In this document: in pieces, positions 53,462-61,651 of the stretch | Layout of the letters: each line of letters starts with the position of its first letter | Position numbering within the stretch: position 1 is the stretch's first letter | Origin: an uncultured Methylomirabilota bacterium | GTDB lineage: Bacteria > Methylomirabilota > Methylomirabilia > Methylomirabilales > 2-02-FULL-66-22 | DNA: 64,000 bases | Assembly: GCA_963845565.1 (NCBI GenBank) | Contig: CAWJSJ010000004.1 | Coordinates: forward strand, 32,001 to 96,000 | Direction of reading: 5' to 3' | Notes under the pieces: model-generated | What the model saw: only the letters and a program-made list of their open reading frames with translations | What the model was told of the DNA's origin: nothing | Databases searched by the model: none | Program-made: the position numbers and the translations under genes

Positions 53462-54904
53462 ATGGCGGATATTCTGATCACGAACGGCGTCGTCATCACC
53501 ATGGACCCGGACCGCCGGGTTCTGGAGCGCGGTGCGGTGGCCATCGAGGGGTCTCGGATCGTCGCCGTCGGGGACAGCGACACCCTCACGCGTACCCACC
53601 CGGCTCCCCGGGTCATCGACGCGACCAAGAAAGTGGTGATGCCGGGGCTCATCGATGGGCACGCCCACGCCGGGCACGGCCTGGTGAAGACGCTGGGAGG
53701 CGGCCGGGGGGAGCTGTGGTACAAGGCGTGCGAGCAGATCTACACGGTGGGCTCCACGGAGGAGTTCTGGCGGGCGGAGGCGCTCCTGTCGGCGCTCGAG
53801 CGATTGAAGTGCGGGACGACCTGCGGCGTCTCCTACCTGGGAGGCGGAGACGACATCATGCGGACCGACGAGCCGGTTTACGGCGAGCAGCACTGCCGCG
53901 CGGTGCAACAGATCGGCATCCGGTCTTTCTTGGCGGCGGGGGTGTGTCGGCCGCCGTTTCCGCGGACATTTGCGCGCTGGGATGCCGGTACACGAAACGA
54001 CGTGTCCGTCACTTTCCAGCGGCAGTTCGCCACTTGTGAAGAACTGATCCGTGGATGGCACGGAGCGGCCGACGGCCAGATCCGGGTCTGCCTGACGTTT
54101 CCGGTGCAACACCCCAACGCTGCGGAGAAGGGCCAGGCGTCCGTGGACGCGGTACGAGAGCAGGCCCAGGCCGTTCGCAGCCTCAGTCGCGCCCGCGGGG
54201 TGCTCTTCACCCAGGACGGCATCCGGCGCGGGTGCCTGAAGCTCGCGCACGAGTCGTTCGGATTCCTCGGACCGGACGCGTTCTTCTCCCACTCCGTGGA
54301 TCTCACGGGCGAGGAGATCGCCCTGTGCCGCGAGACCGGCGCCAGGATCTGCCACAACCCGAGCGCCAACATCTCGATCCAGGGGCGATGTCCGGTGCCG
54401 GAGCTGCTGGACGCCGGCGTGACGGTGATGCTGGGCTCCGACGGAACGGCGCCGGATCGCGGCTACGACATGTTCCGCCACATGTGGCAGTGCATGCACT
54501 ACCACCGGCGGCACTTCCGGGATACCGGCGTCCTGCCCCCCGGGAAAGTCCTGGAGATGGCGACGATCGATGCCGCGCGGGCGCTCGGGCTGGACGGGGA
54601 GATCGGCTCGCTCGAACCGGGCAAGCGCGCGGACCTCATTCTGGTGGACCTGGCCAAACCGCACCTCTATCCGCAGAACATGCCGGTGTATCGCGTGATG
54701 TACTTTGCCAACGGCGCGGACGTGGACACCGTCGTGGTGAACGGGAAGATTCTCATGGCGGGGCGGCGGGTCCTGACGGTGAACGAGGCGGAGGTCCTGG
54801 ATCTGGCGCAGCAGGAGACCGAGCGGATGCTGGATCGCTGCGGACTCAGACACCTTACCGAGTTTCCGCCGCAGTTTTGGGGACACAGCCGATACCCCGT
54901 GTAG
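53462..54904 (+). CDS. metal-dependent amidohydrolase (AtzA/SsnA/MTA-deaminase-like)
   Basis: MPGLIDGHAH, CHNPSAN, LGSDG, GSLEPGKRADL. Confidence 0.9.
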   Translation: MADILITNGVVITMDPDRRVLERGAVAIEGSRIVAVGDSDTLTRTHPAPRVIDATKKVVMPGLIDGHAHAGHGLVKTLGGGRGELWYKACEQIYTVGSTEEFWRAEALLSALERLKCGTTCGVSYLGGGDDIMRTDEPVYGEQHCRAVQQIGIRSFLAAGVCRPPFPRTFARWDAGTRNDVSVTFQRQFATCEELIRGWHGAADGQIRVCLTFPVQHPNAAEKGQASVDAVREQAQAVRSLSRARGVLFTQDGIRRGCLKLAHESFGFLGPDAFFSHSVDLTGEEIALCRETGARICHNPSANISIQGRCPVPELLDAGVTVMLGSDGTAPDRGYDMFRHMWQCMHYHRRHFRDTGVLPPGKVLEMATIDAARALGLDGEIGSLEPGKRADLILVDLAKPHLYPQNMPVYRVMYFANGADVDTVVVNGKILMAGRRVLTVNEAEVLDLAQQETERMLDRCGLRHLTEFPPQFWGHSRYPV

Positions 54905-55030
54905 CCGACTGCTGAAAACGGCCCATCTGCAGCGTTGTCGCGCTCGGGCGCTCGTTACAGCGTACCTGGAGTACGCTTCACTCGGCCCGTCGGTGCGCCG
55001 CCTTGCATCTGGACCGTTTTGAGCAGTCGG
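54905..55030 (+). repeat. palindromic MITE/REP-like element, copy 5
   Basis: CCGACTGCTGAAAACGG...CCGTTTTGAGCAGTCGG (compensatory changes); starts immediately after TAG. Confidence 0.9.
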
Positions 55031-55266
55031 CGGGGCACAGAAGAAAGCAGGGGGCAGGGGAGACGGGAAGGGCGACAGGGGCGAAAAGGGGATGCTGGCA
55101 GCAGGCAGCCGGCAGCGAGCGGGCGACGGAGGTGAGGCTTTCAGCTCTCAGCCGAGAGCTGACCGATGAGTGCTGATCGCTGCAAAAGCCCGAGAGCGTG
55201 CAGTGAGTAGTTCCGAGCGCTACGCGCCATGCGCTTTGCGCTATGCGCAGATGCGAGGGGTGGGGC

Positions 55267-56010
55267 ATGAAGATCAAGGTCATCAATCCGAACACGACGC
55301 AGAGCATGACCGAGAAGATCGGTGCGGCGGCCCGGGCGGTGGCGGCGCTGGGGACCACGATTCTTGCCGCGAGTCCCTCGATGGGTCCGGTGTCCATCGA
55401 GGGCCATTACGACGAAGCGGTAAGCGTGCTCGGCGTGCTGGACGAGGTGCGGCGGGGCGAGGCGGAGGGCTGCGACGGGTACGTCATCGCCTGCTTCGGG
55501 GACCCCGGGCTCCTGGCGGCGCGCGAGATCGCGCGCGGTCCCGTCCTGGGCATCGCCGAGGCCGCCATGCACGCGGCCAGTATGGTGGCAACCGGCTTCT
55601 CCATCGTCACGACGCTGGCACGGACCGTCGGGATCGCCCGCCATCTTGTCGAGGCCTACGGGATGTCCCGCCACTGCCGGGGCATCCGGGCGACGGACCT
55701 TGCCGTATTGGACCTCGAGCGGCCGGACTCCTCGGCGTCCGCGGCCATCCTCGAGGAATGCCGCCGCGCCGTGCGCGAGGATCGCGCCGATGCCATCGTC
55801 CTGGGCTGCGCGGGGATGGCCGACCTGGCGAAACGGATCGGAGACGAACTCCGGCTTCCGGTGGTGGACGGGGTGACGGCCGCGGTCAAGCTGGTCGAGG
55901 CGCTGGTGGCGCTCGGCCTTCGGACGAGCAAGGCGGGGGAGCTGGCTTTCCCGCTGCCGAAGGTCTATACCGGCCTGGTCGAGCCGTTCGCGCCGGACGC
56001 AGGCTGCTGA
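55267..56010 (+). CDS. Asp/Glu/hydantoin racemase family (allantoin racemase-like)
   Basis: VINPNTTQSMT, GPVSIEGHYDE, IACFGDPG, VLGCAGM, PVVDGV. Confidence 0.92.
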   Translation: MKIKVINPNTTQSMTEKIGAAARAVAALGTTILAASPSMGPVSIEGHYDEAVSVLGVLDEVRRGEAEGCDGYVIACFGDPGLLAAREIARGPVLGIAEAAMHAASMVATGFSIVTTLARTVGIARHLVEAYGMSRHCRGIRATDLAVLDLERPDSSASAAILEECRRAVREDRADAIVLGCAGMADLAKRIGDELRLPVVDGVTAAVKLVEALVALGLRTSKAGELAFPLPKVYTGLVEPFAPDAGC

Positions 56011-56166
56011 AAAAGGCCCATCTGCGGGGACCCATCCTCCGGACGGGTACCCCGCGCGCTCGCGCGCTCGCTGCGGCGTACCTGGAGTACGCCTCGCTCG
56101 GCCCCCGGGTGCCCATCCGTAGGATGGGTGGTGCCGCCTAGCAGCCGGACCTTTTTGAGCAGCCCG
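56000..56166 (+). repeat. palindromic MITE/REP-like element, copy 6
   Basis: Supplies the racemase stop codon; carries two inserted ACCCATC-type hairpins. Confidence 0.9.
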
Positions 56167-56490
56167 AGCGAGAGCGTGGTCTTCGGAATCTAGCTCGCCT
56201 CGCCGCCCCGCAAGATGTACGTCTGTGTCGGTGCGTGCCTTGACAATCATACCAAGTCGAGAGTAGCCTTCCAGCCATCGTACCTCTCCCTCATTACCAG
56301 CGGAGGCGGCTCCATGGGGTCGGCCAGAAACGGCGCTCCGGACCCGAAGCGTGCCAGCGGTTTGGCCCGTCCACCGTGGCCACTCCGGGTGCATTCCCGC
56401 CCCACCTGGCGTCCGTCCTCTCAGCCAGCAATCCAAACCCCTCGACCGCCATCCCACCGAGTTGGCCGGACCGGCGATCAACGCCTGTCT

Positions 56491-56586
56491 GCGGTACGAG
56501 AACTCCCGGGCCATCACGACGTCACCGCCACGATGATCTATTCGCATATCCTCAATCGTGGACCGGCGGGTGTCCGTAGCCCGTTA
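56491..56586 (+). pseudogene. intI: integron integrase C-terminal remnant
   Basis: [30 protein letters not shown] matches the IntI tail (VQELLGHxDVxTTMIYTHVLNRGxxGVRSP). Confidence 0.8.
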
Positions 56587-56630
56587 GGCCGTGACCGAAT
56601 CTATTCACACCCGTAAGGAACTTTGCCACA

Positions 56631-57377
56631 ATGGACATCCCACGGATCTTCAACATCACCGAAAGTGCTCACCGCATCCATAACCCGATCACACCCGAAA
56701 AACTCGCCACCCTCGGCACGGCGCTGCGTCTGGCACCGGGGGCCCGAGTGCTCGACCTCGGCAGCGGTTCGGGGGAGATGCTGTGCACCTGGGCACGCGA
56801 TCACGGCGTCAGCGGCACCGGCATCGACATGAGCCAGTTGTTCACCGAGCAAGCGAGACGCCGTGCTGTAGAACTCGGCGTCGCCGATCAAGTCAAGTTC
56901 ATCCATGGCGATGCGGCCGGCTATGTCTCTGATGAGAAGGCCAGTGTGGCCGCCTGTGTCGGTGCCACGTGGATCGCCGGGGGAGTCGCCGGCACGATCG
57001 AGCTTCTGGCGCGCAGCCTGCGCACCGGAGGGATCATCCTCATCGGCGAGCCCTACTGGCGGCAGTTACCGCCGACGGAAGATGTGGCCAAGGGGTGTCT
57101 TGGCAACTCCATCTCCGACTTTCTCAGGCTTCCAGAACTTCTCGCGACTTTCGGCCACCTCGGCTACGACGTCGTGGAAATGGTTTTGGCAGACCAAGAC
57201 AGCTGGGACAGATACGAGGCGGCCAAGTGGCTCACCATGCGCCGATGGCTTGAAGCCAATCCCGACGACGAGTTCGCGAAAGATGTTCGAGCCCAACTGA
57301 CCTCGGAACCCGAGCGCTACGCCGCGTACACGCGTGAGTACCTGGGCTGGGGTGTGTTCGCGCTGATGCCGCGGTGA
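56631..57377 (+). CDS. class I SAM-dependent methyltransferase (cassette)
   Basis: VLDLGSGSG, GIDMS, IHGDA, IGEPYW. Confidence 0.92.
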   Translation: MDIPRIFNITESAHRIHNPITPEKLATLGTALRLAPGARVLDLGSGSGEMLCTWARDHGVSGTGIDMSQLFTEQARRRAVELGVADQVKFIHGDAAGYVSDEKASVAACVGATWIAGGVAGTIELLARSLRTGGIILIGEPYWRQLPPTEDVAKGCLGNSISDFLRLPELLATFGHLGYDVVEMVLADQDSWDRYEAAKWLTMRRWLEANPDDEFAKDVRAQLTSEPERYAAYTREYLGWGVFALMPR

Positions 57378-57513
57378 TGCGTTGGGGCATCCGGGGATTG
57401 TCAACGGCTGTGCCGCGCAACAGCTGGTGGCTCGCCGAGATGTGATTGCGCCTGAATTCATTTCTTACGGTCTCGTTGTCCGTGCAATCAACAGAAAGGC
57501 CTGTCACAGGCAG

Positions 57514-57573
57514 GCCTAACAACCGGTTGCAGCGGACGACGCTCCGCGCCGCCGGTAAACCGGAGCGTTGCGC
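57514..57573 (+). other. attC site
   Basis: GCCTAAC-AACCGGTTGCAGCGGACG...CGCCGGTAAACCGGAGC-GTTGCGC imperfect palindrome. Confidence 0.85.
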
Positions 57574-57719
57574 GGGCTTGGCACGCAGGTGGCTTGGGCG
57601 CGCCGGCCCGCTGGTCGACACTCGGGTGGTGACCGAATATCTGGCGGCCCCCGCGCCCGTGCAACGGGGCCGCGGCTTGCCAGCCGCCCTCGGGCGTCGC
57701 GTCTTGCGCCGCCCAACCG
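57567..57719 (+). repeat. ORF-less 153-bp cassette-like unit, copy A
   Basis: Colinear with 58480-58632, about 9 substitutions by eye. Confidence 0.85.
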
Positions 57720-57763
57720 CGGGCCCCGTTAGCACCATCGCATGAAAAGACGGAGGACCAGGA

Positions 57764-58423
57764 ATGAACTCATTCGAGCGGCTCGTTCGCGCGGTCGTCA
57801 TCCAGACGCTCCGTGACACCGGGTTCGCTCCTTCGGCCGCGCAGATCGCCGCCACATTGAGCGCCTCTGAACCGGACATCTCTTCGGCACTGCACTCCCT
57901 ATCTGAGAGGCACAGGCTTGCGCTTCTGCCAGGAACCGACAAGGTGTGGATGGCGCATCCGTTCTCCGGCGTGGAAACCGACTTCGCCGTCTCCATCGGT
58001 AAGCGTCGATGGTTCGCCAACTGCGTGTGGGACGGTCTGTCGATACTCGCGCTGCTCGGTGACGGAAACCTCTACACCCACTCGCCGGCCACAGGCGAGC
58101 CGATCCAGCTTACGGTGTCCGCCCGCAAAGTTCTCGGCGAAGCGCTGGTCCACTTTCTGGTGCCAGCCCGGCGTTTCTGGGACGACATCGGATTTACCTG
58201 AGCGAACATCACCGCCTTCCGGTCGGAAGGTGAGTTGGATGCGTGGCTTAGGTCCCGCGGCTACCCCAAGGGAGCGATCGTCGTTCCCCAGATCCTATAT
58301 AATCTCGGTGCTGACTGGTACGCCACCCGCCTTGAGGTTGATTGGAAACCGGCGAGCGCAGAGGAGGCTACGGTCCTGTTCGCGAAGCACGGGCTGGTCG
58401 GCGGTTTCTGGTCGTTAATCTAG
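57764..58423 (+). CDS. MerB-like organomercurial lyase family selenoprotein, UGA at 58199-58201 read as Sec
   Basis: wHTH N-domain; MAHPFS; FANCVWD (Cys/Asp pair); WDDIGFT-TGA-ANITAFRSE continues in frame to LVGGFWSLI; SECIS-like hairpin. Confidence 0.82.
58215..58230 (+). promoter_or_regulatory. putative bacterial SECIS hairpin
   Basis: CCUUCC-GGUC-GGAAGG; loop begins 19 nt after the UGA. Confidence 0.7.
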
Positions 58424-58429
58424 TAAAGG

Positions 58430-58486
58430 TGCTAACCCCCCACTTCAGCCGACGCGAAACCCGCGCGGCTGATTTCGGCGTGGCGC
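58430..58486 (+). other. attC site (R' box reads GTG)
   Basis: TGCTAAC..TCAGCCGACGCG-AAACC-CGCGCGGCTGA..GTGGCGC. Confidence 0.75.
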
Positions 58487-58632
58487 GGGCTCGGCACGCA
58501 GGTGGCTTGGGCACGCCGGCCCGCTGGTCGACACTCGGGTGGTGACCGAATTTCTGGCGGCCCCCGCGCCCGTGCAACGGAGCCGCGGCTTGCCAGCCGC
58601 CCTCGGGCGTCGTGTGCCGCGCCGCCCAACCG
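58480..58632 (+). repeat. ORF-less 153-bp cassette-like unit, copy B
   Basis: Repeat of 57567-57719, again starting at an attC crossover point. Confidence 0.85.
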
Positions 58633-58639
58633 TGCCGGC

Positions 58640-58719
58640 AGCCAACATCCCTCCGCTGTGCTCCGGGGCTTCGCCCCGCCGCCCGCGGCGGGGTGCGGCT
58701 GAGCCGTCGCCCCGTTCGA
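58640..58719 (+). other. degenerate attC site
   Basis: AGCCAAC...GCGGCTGAGCCGTCGCCC-GTTCGAC. Confidence 0.55.
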
Positions 58720-58726
58720 CGCAGCT

Positions 58727-59476
58727 ATGATTTTGAAATCAATAGCGACATCGATGCTTTTGGTGGCCCTTATCCTTTTCGGGACGGTCGGATGTTCATC
58801 GATTGAAAGGGCGTTGCTCTTCCATCCTACTCATCGGCCTGATAATAACAGTCTGACGCCATGGACCAAAAACGGCGAAACCATCGGCTATTCGCGAAAG
58901 ATCGAATCGCCCAAGAACATATGGCTGATGCTTCACGGAAACGCTGGTCAGGCATCTGACCGCTTGTACGCAGTGCCAAGTTTTTCTGATGAAGATTCGG
59001 TTTTTATTCTTGAATATCCAGGATACGGGAGTCGTGAAGGTGTTCCATCGAAAGAGGCTTTTTATCGGGCGGCCAAAGAAGCCTACCTCCTTCTTAGGGA
59101 GACTTACCCTCACACTCCGGTATGTGTGGCCGGGGAATCGATTGGAACGGGCCCTGCCTCATCCCTTTCAAGCCTCAGCCAGCCACCCGACAAGTTGGTA
59201 CTCATCGTTCCTTTCGATAAACTTTCTTTGGTAGCCAAAGATCAATTCCCATCCTTTCTTGTTGATCTGATCCTGAAGGACGACTGGGACAACGTAGAGG
59301 CGCTTTCAAATCACAAAGGCCCAGTCCATATTTTCGGTGCTGAAGCAGACACAATTATCCCCGTGGGGCGCGCAAAGGCTCTTGCTGCCGTTATTCCCAG
59401 GGCGAAAATGGAGATCATTGGCGGTGGCCATAATGATTGGTCTTATCAGGGACGAGTGACAATAAGGAATCCGTGA
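58727..59476 (+). CDS. alpha/beta hydrolase, probable lipoprotein (cassette)
   Basis: TVGC lipobox; HGNAG; EYPGYG; GESIG nucleophile; GGGHND; visibly AT-richer than flanks. Confidence 0.88.
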   Translation: MILKSIATSMLLVALILFGTVGCSSIERALLFHPTHRPDNNSLTPWTKNGETIGYSRKIESPKNIWLMLHGNAGQASDRLYAVPSFSDEDSVFILEYPGYGSREGVPSKEAFYRAAKEAYLLLRETYPHTPVCVAGESIGTGPASSLSSLSQPPDKLVLIVPFDKLSLVAKDQFPSFLVDLILKDDWDNVEALSNHKGPVHIFGAEADTIIPVGRAKALAAVIPRAKMEIIGGGHNDWSYQGRVTIRNP

Positions 59477-59495
59477 GGCGTTTCTCATCATTGCT

Positions 59496-59542
59496 GTCGA
59501 AGAATGGCTTGCAGCGGATCGCCGGGAGGGGCCCCGTTGGGC
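59496..59542 (+). other. internally deleted attC site
   Basis: GTCGAAG-AATGGCTTGCAGCGGATCG...GGGCCCC-GTTGGGC. Confidence 0.55.
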
Positions 59543-59751
59543 TAGGTGAGAAAGGAGAAGTTGCGCCGCACGGGAATGGGAGACGCGCTCAGCATCCACG
59601 TCGAGTTCGGGTTCTAACTCGTGTTCACGGTCGTCATTTCGGTCGCTGCATGTGTCGCGGGCTGGCGCTACATCAGGAGCATTTCTCGTCGGGGTGTTGG
59701 AGGCCAGCGCAGCAAGCAGCACGAGAACGACGCCCCGTGAGGCGAGTTGCT

Positions 59752-59839
59752 CCCCGAATACGCGCACCGAGCTGACGCGTTCAGGATTTGCGCACTACGC
59801 TTGGCTTCACGCGCGCAGGTTACGCGCACAACGTTCGCG
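59752..59839 (+). other. degenerate attC-like site
   Basis: CCGAATACGCGCACCGAGCTGACGCG...CGCGCGCAGGTTACGCGCACAAC-GTTCGCG. Confidence 0.45.
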
Positions 59840-59862
59840 GGAACCAAACAGGAGAGTCGAAC

Positions 59863-60399
59863 GTGTCACAGAATCTCGTATTGACTGTAATTGGCGCGGC
59901 AGTTGGTGTTGGGCTTGTGGCAGTGATTGCGTACCAAGTCGCCCGTTTCATGCGGGGATCGATCACGTTGTCCCTGCGACGCGGTGCGTTCAATCCCGGA
60001 GATACAATCACTGGCAGGTGCGAGCTTCATACAAAGAAGGCTATCCACGGAAACCAGCTGAGTGTCAGCCTGATTGGCGTGCAGGTGACCACCTCCTACA
60101 ACGGCGGGAAGCGGCGAACGCGTTCCCGCGAAATCTATAGAAATGAGGTTCTGCTGGAGGAAGGAAAGGCATACCCCGCCGGGCACACAGCAGGATATGA
60201 CTTCCAACTCGTCGTACCGAATGCGAATGCGCCAGAATTCTTGGACTCGCCGCTCGGGCAGACTCTCAGTACCGCCTTGCGACTCCTCAGCAACAGGGAC
60301 TCGCAGTTGAAATGGAAGGTCGAGGCCCGACTCGATGCACAGGGTGTCGACCTTGCGGCCGCACAATCCGTGTCGATCAACACCGGACAATGGCTTTAG
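59863..60399 (+). CDS. membrane-anchored arrestin/SpoOM-like hypothetical protein (cassette)
   Basis: N-terminal TM; FNPGDTITG; YDFQLVVP; WKVEARLDAQGVDL. Confidence 0.7.
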   Translation: MSQNLVLTVIGAAVGVGLVAVIAYQVARFMRGSITLSLRRGAFNPGDTITGRCELHTKKAIHGNQLSVSLIGVQVTTSYNGGKRRTRSREIYRNEVLLEEGKAYPAGHTAGYDFQLVVPNANAPEFLDSPLGQTLSTALRLLSNRDSQLKWKVEARLDAQGVDLAAAQSVSINTGQWL

Positions 60400-60550
60400 A
60401 CCAGTGAGTCAGGCATTCTCGCTGACCGTCACGCTTGCATCTCGTCCTTGCGAAATAGTGCAAGAGGACAAGGCGAAGGAGTAGGCGGGCGGCAAGCGCG
60501 CCGGCAGCCAAACGCGCCGTCCGGCAAACATGGTCGCCGCAGTTCCTCTG

Positions 60551-60579
60551 TTGACTCGCGTCACGTGACGCGTTACACT
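60551..60579 (+). promoter_or_regulatory. higBA promoter with palindromic operator
   Basis: TTGACT-17 nt-TACACT; spacer contains perfect palindrome CGCGTCACGTGACGCG. Confidence 0.8.
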
Positions 60580-60585
60580 CCCCTC

Positions 60586-60867
60586 ATGATCAAGACGTTC
60601 GCGGACAAGCGCACGAAGGATCTCTACGACACCGGTCGGGCCAAACGCTTCCCGCCGGATGTGGCAGGTCGCGCAGCCCGCACGCTCGAGTATGTGGACC
60701 TCGCGACCCAGATCGACGACCTGAAGGTTCCACCCGGGAATCGGTTCCACGCACTGGAAGTCGACGGTAAAGGCCAGTACTCGATATCCATCAACGACCA
60801 GTGGCGTATCTGCTTCCGGTTCGTCGACGGGGACGCCTACGACGTCGGGGTCTGTGACTACCACTGA
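60586..60867 (+). CDS. higB: HigB (RelE/ParE family) toxin
   Basis: MIKTFADKRTKDLY..DLKVPPGNRFHAL..QYSISINDQWRICFRF..DYH. Confidence 0.92.
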   Translation: MIKTFADKRTKDLYDTGRAKRFPPDVAGRAARTLEYVDLATQIDDLKVPPGNRFHALEVDGKGQYSISINDQWRICFRFVDGDAYDVGVCDYH

Positions 60868-60880
60868 GACGAGGTGTGAG

Positions 60881-61195
60881 ATGAGCATCGCCAACACAGG
60901 ACCCATGAAGCGCCGTCCCACCCATCCGGGCGAGATGCTGCGCGAGGACTTCCTCCCGGACTACGGCCTGACCGTGTCCGGGCTCGCTAACGCCATCGGT
61001 GTGTCGCGCCAGTCGGTCAACGACCTACTGCGCGGGCGTCGTGCCGTGAGTCCGGAGATGGCACTGCGCCTCGGCAAGCTGTTTGGGAACTCGCCGGAGT
61101 TCTGGCTCAACGCCCAGCGCGCCGTCGACCTATGGGACGCGGCCCAGGCGATCAAGGACAACGTCGCCGGCATCAAGACGCTGAGTGTCGCCTGA
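60881..61195 (+). CDS. higA: HigA antitoxin
   Basis: PTHPGEMLREDFL..GVSRQSVN..SPEMALRL..SPEFWLNAQ. Confidence 0.93.
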   Translation: MSIANTGPMKRRPTHPGEMLREDFLPDYGLTVSGLANAIGVSRQSVNDLLRGRRAVSPEMALRLGKLFGNSPEFWLNAQRAVDLWDAAQAIKDNVAGIKTLSVA

Positions 61196-61290
61196 CAAGC
61201 GCCTGACCCGCGACTACCCGCGGGCCGGAAGAGCAGCCTGAGCGGGGAGCGTGCGCCGGCCGCGGGTTGCGGTTTACGCACCCGTTGGCT
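61190..61290 (+). other. degenerate attC site closing the higBA cassette
   Basis: GCCTGAC overlaps the higA stop; CCCGCGG..CCGCGGG stem; GTTGGCT. Confidence 0.55.
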
Positions 61291-61651
61291 TCGACGGTCG
61301 GAGACGGATTCTGCAGCGTCTCAGAAGGGACTGATGTAGGTTTCTCCCATGGGTTCTGTCCGGAATGCTATGCGGAGGAGATGAAGACTGTGCGGAAAAT
61401 GAGGGGAGAGGCATAACGCCGACTCCTATGCGGACCGCCGATCATCACGCTGCACGGGCTCGGCCCGGAGGCGACTTGGACGATTCGGCCTCTGGTCGCA
61501 GGCGGGGTGTGGTGGAGGCGGGGTGGCGGCACCCGCGTCCGGCAGTCGTCACGCCTACACTGCGCTCCGGCGCGACGCCGGAGCCGCCGCGCCGTTCGGC
61601 CTGAACCAACACCGGGGAACTTGCCGTTCCCATCGCGAAGGAGAGCGACCA

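Larger units (their letters stand above)
56583..61290 (+). mobile_element. integron-type gene cassette array (CALIN-like)
   Basis: Co-oriented genes bounded by matching core/inverse-core pairs: GTTAGGC 56583/GCCTAAC 57514; GTTAGCAC 57728/GTGCTAAC 58429; GTTCGAC 58713/GTCGAAG 59496. Confidence 0.85.

Noticed and set aside
51557..54886. 1109-aa minus-strand ORF and similar long antisense ORFs
   Set aside because: Shadow frames of real plus-strand genes in GC-rich DNA; no recognisable motifs.
56005..56010. Racemase ending Cys-UGA as a third selenoprotein
   Set aside because: TGC-TGA is simply the terminal sequence of the inserted repeat, and the domain is already complete.
4761..56166. Dispersed repeats as a CRISPR array
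   Set aside because: Copies are long, scattered and not separated by regular spacers; no cas genes in the window.
59543..59751. Small membrane-protein cassette
   Set aside because: In-frame stop and no clear start; treated only as a decayed cassette.
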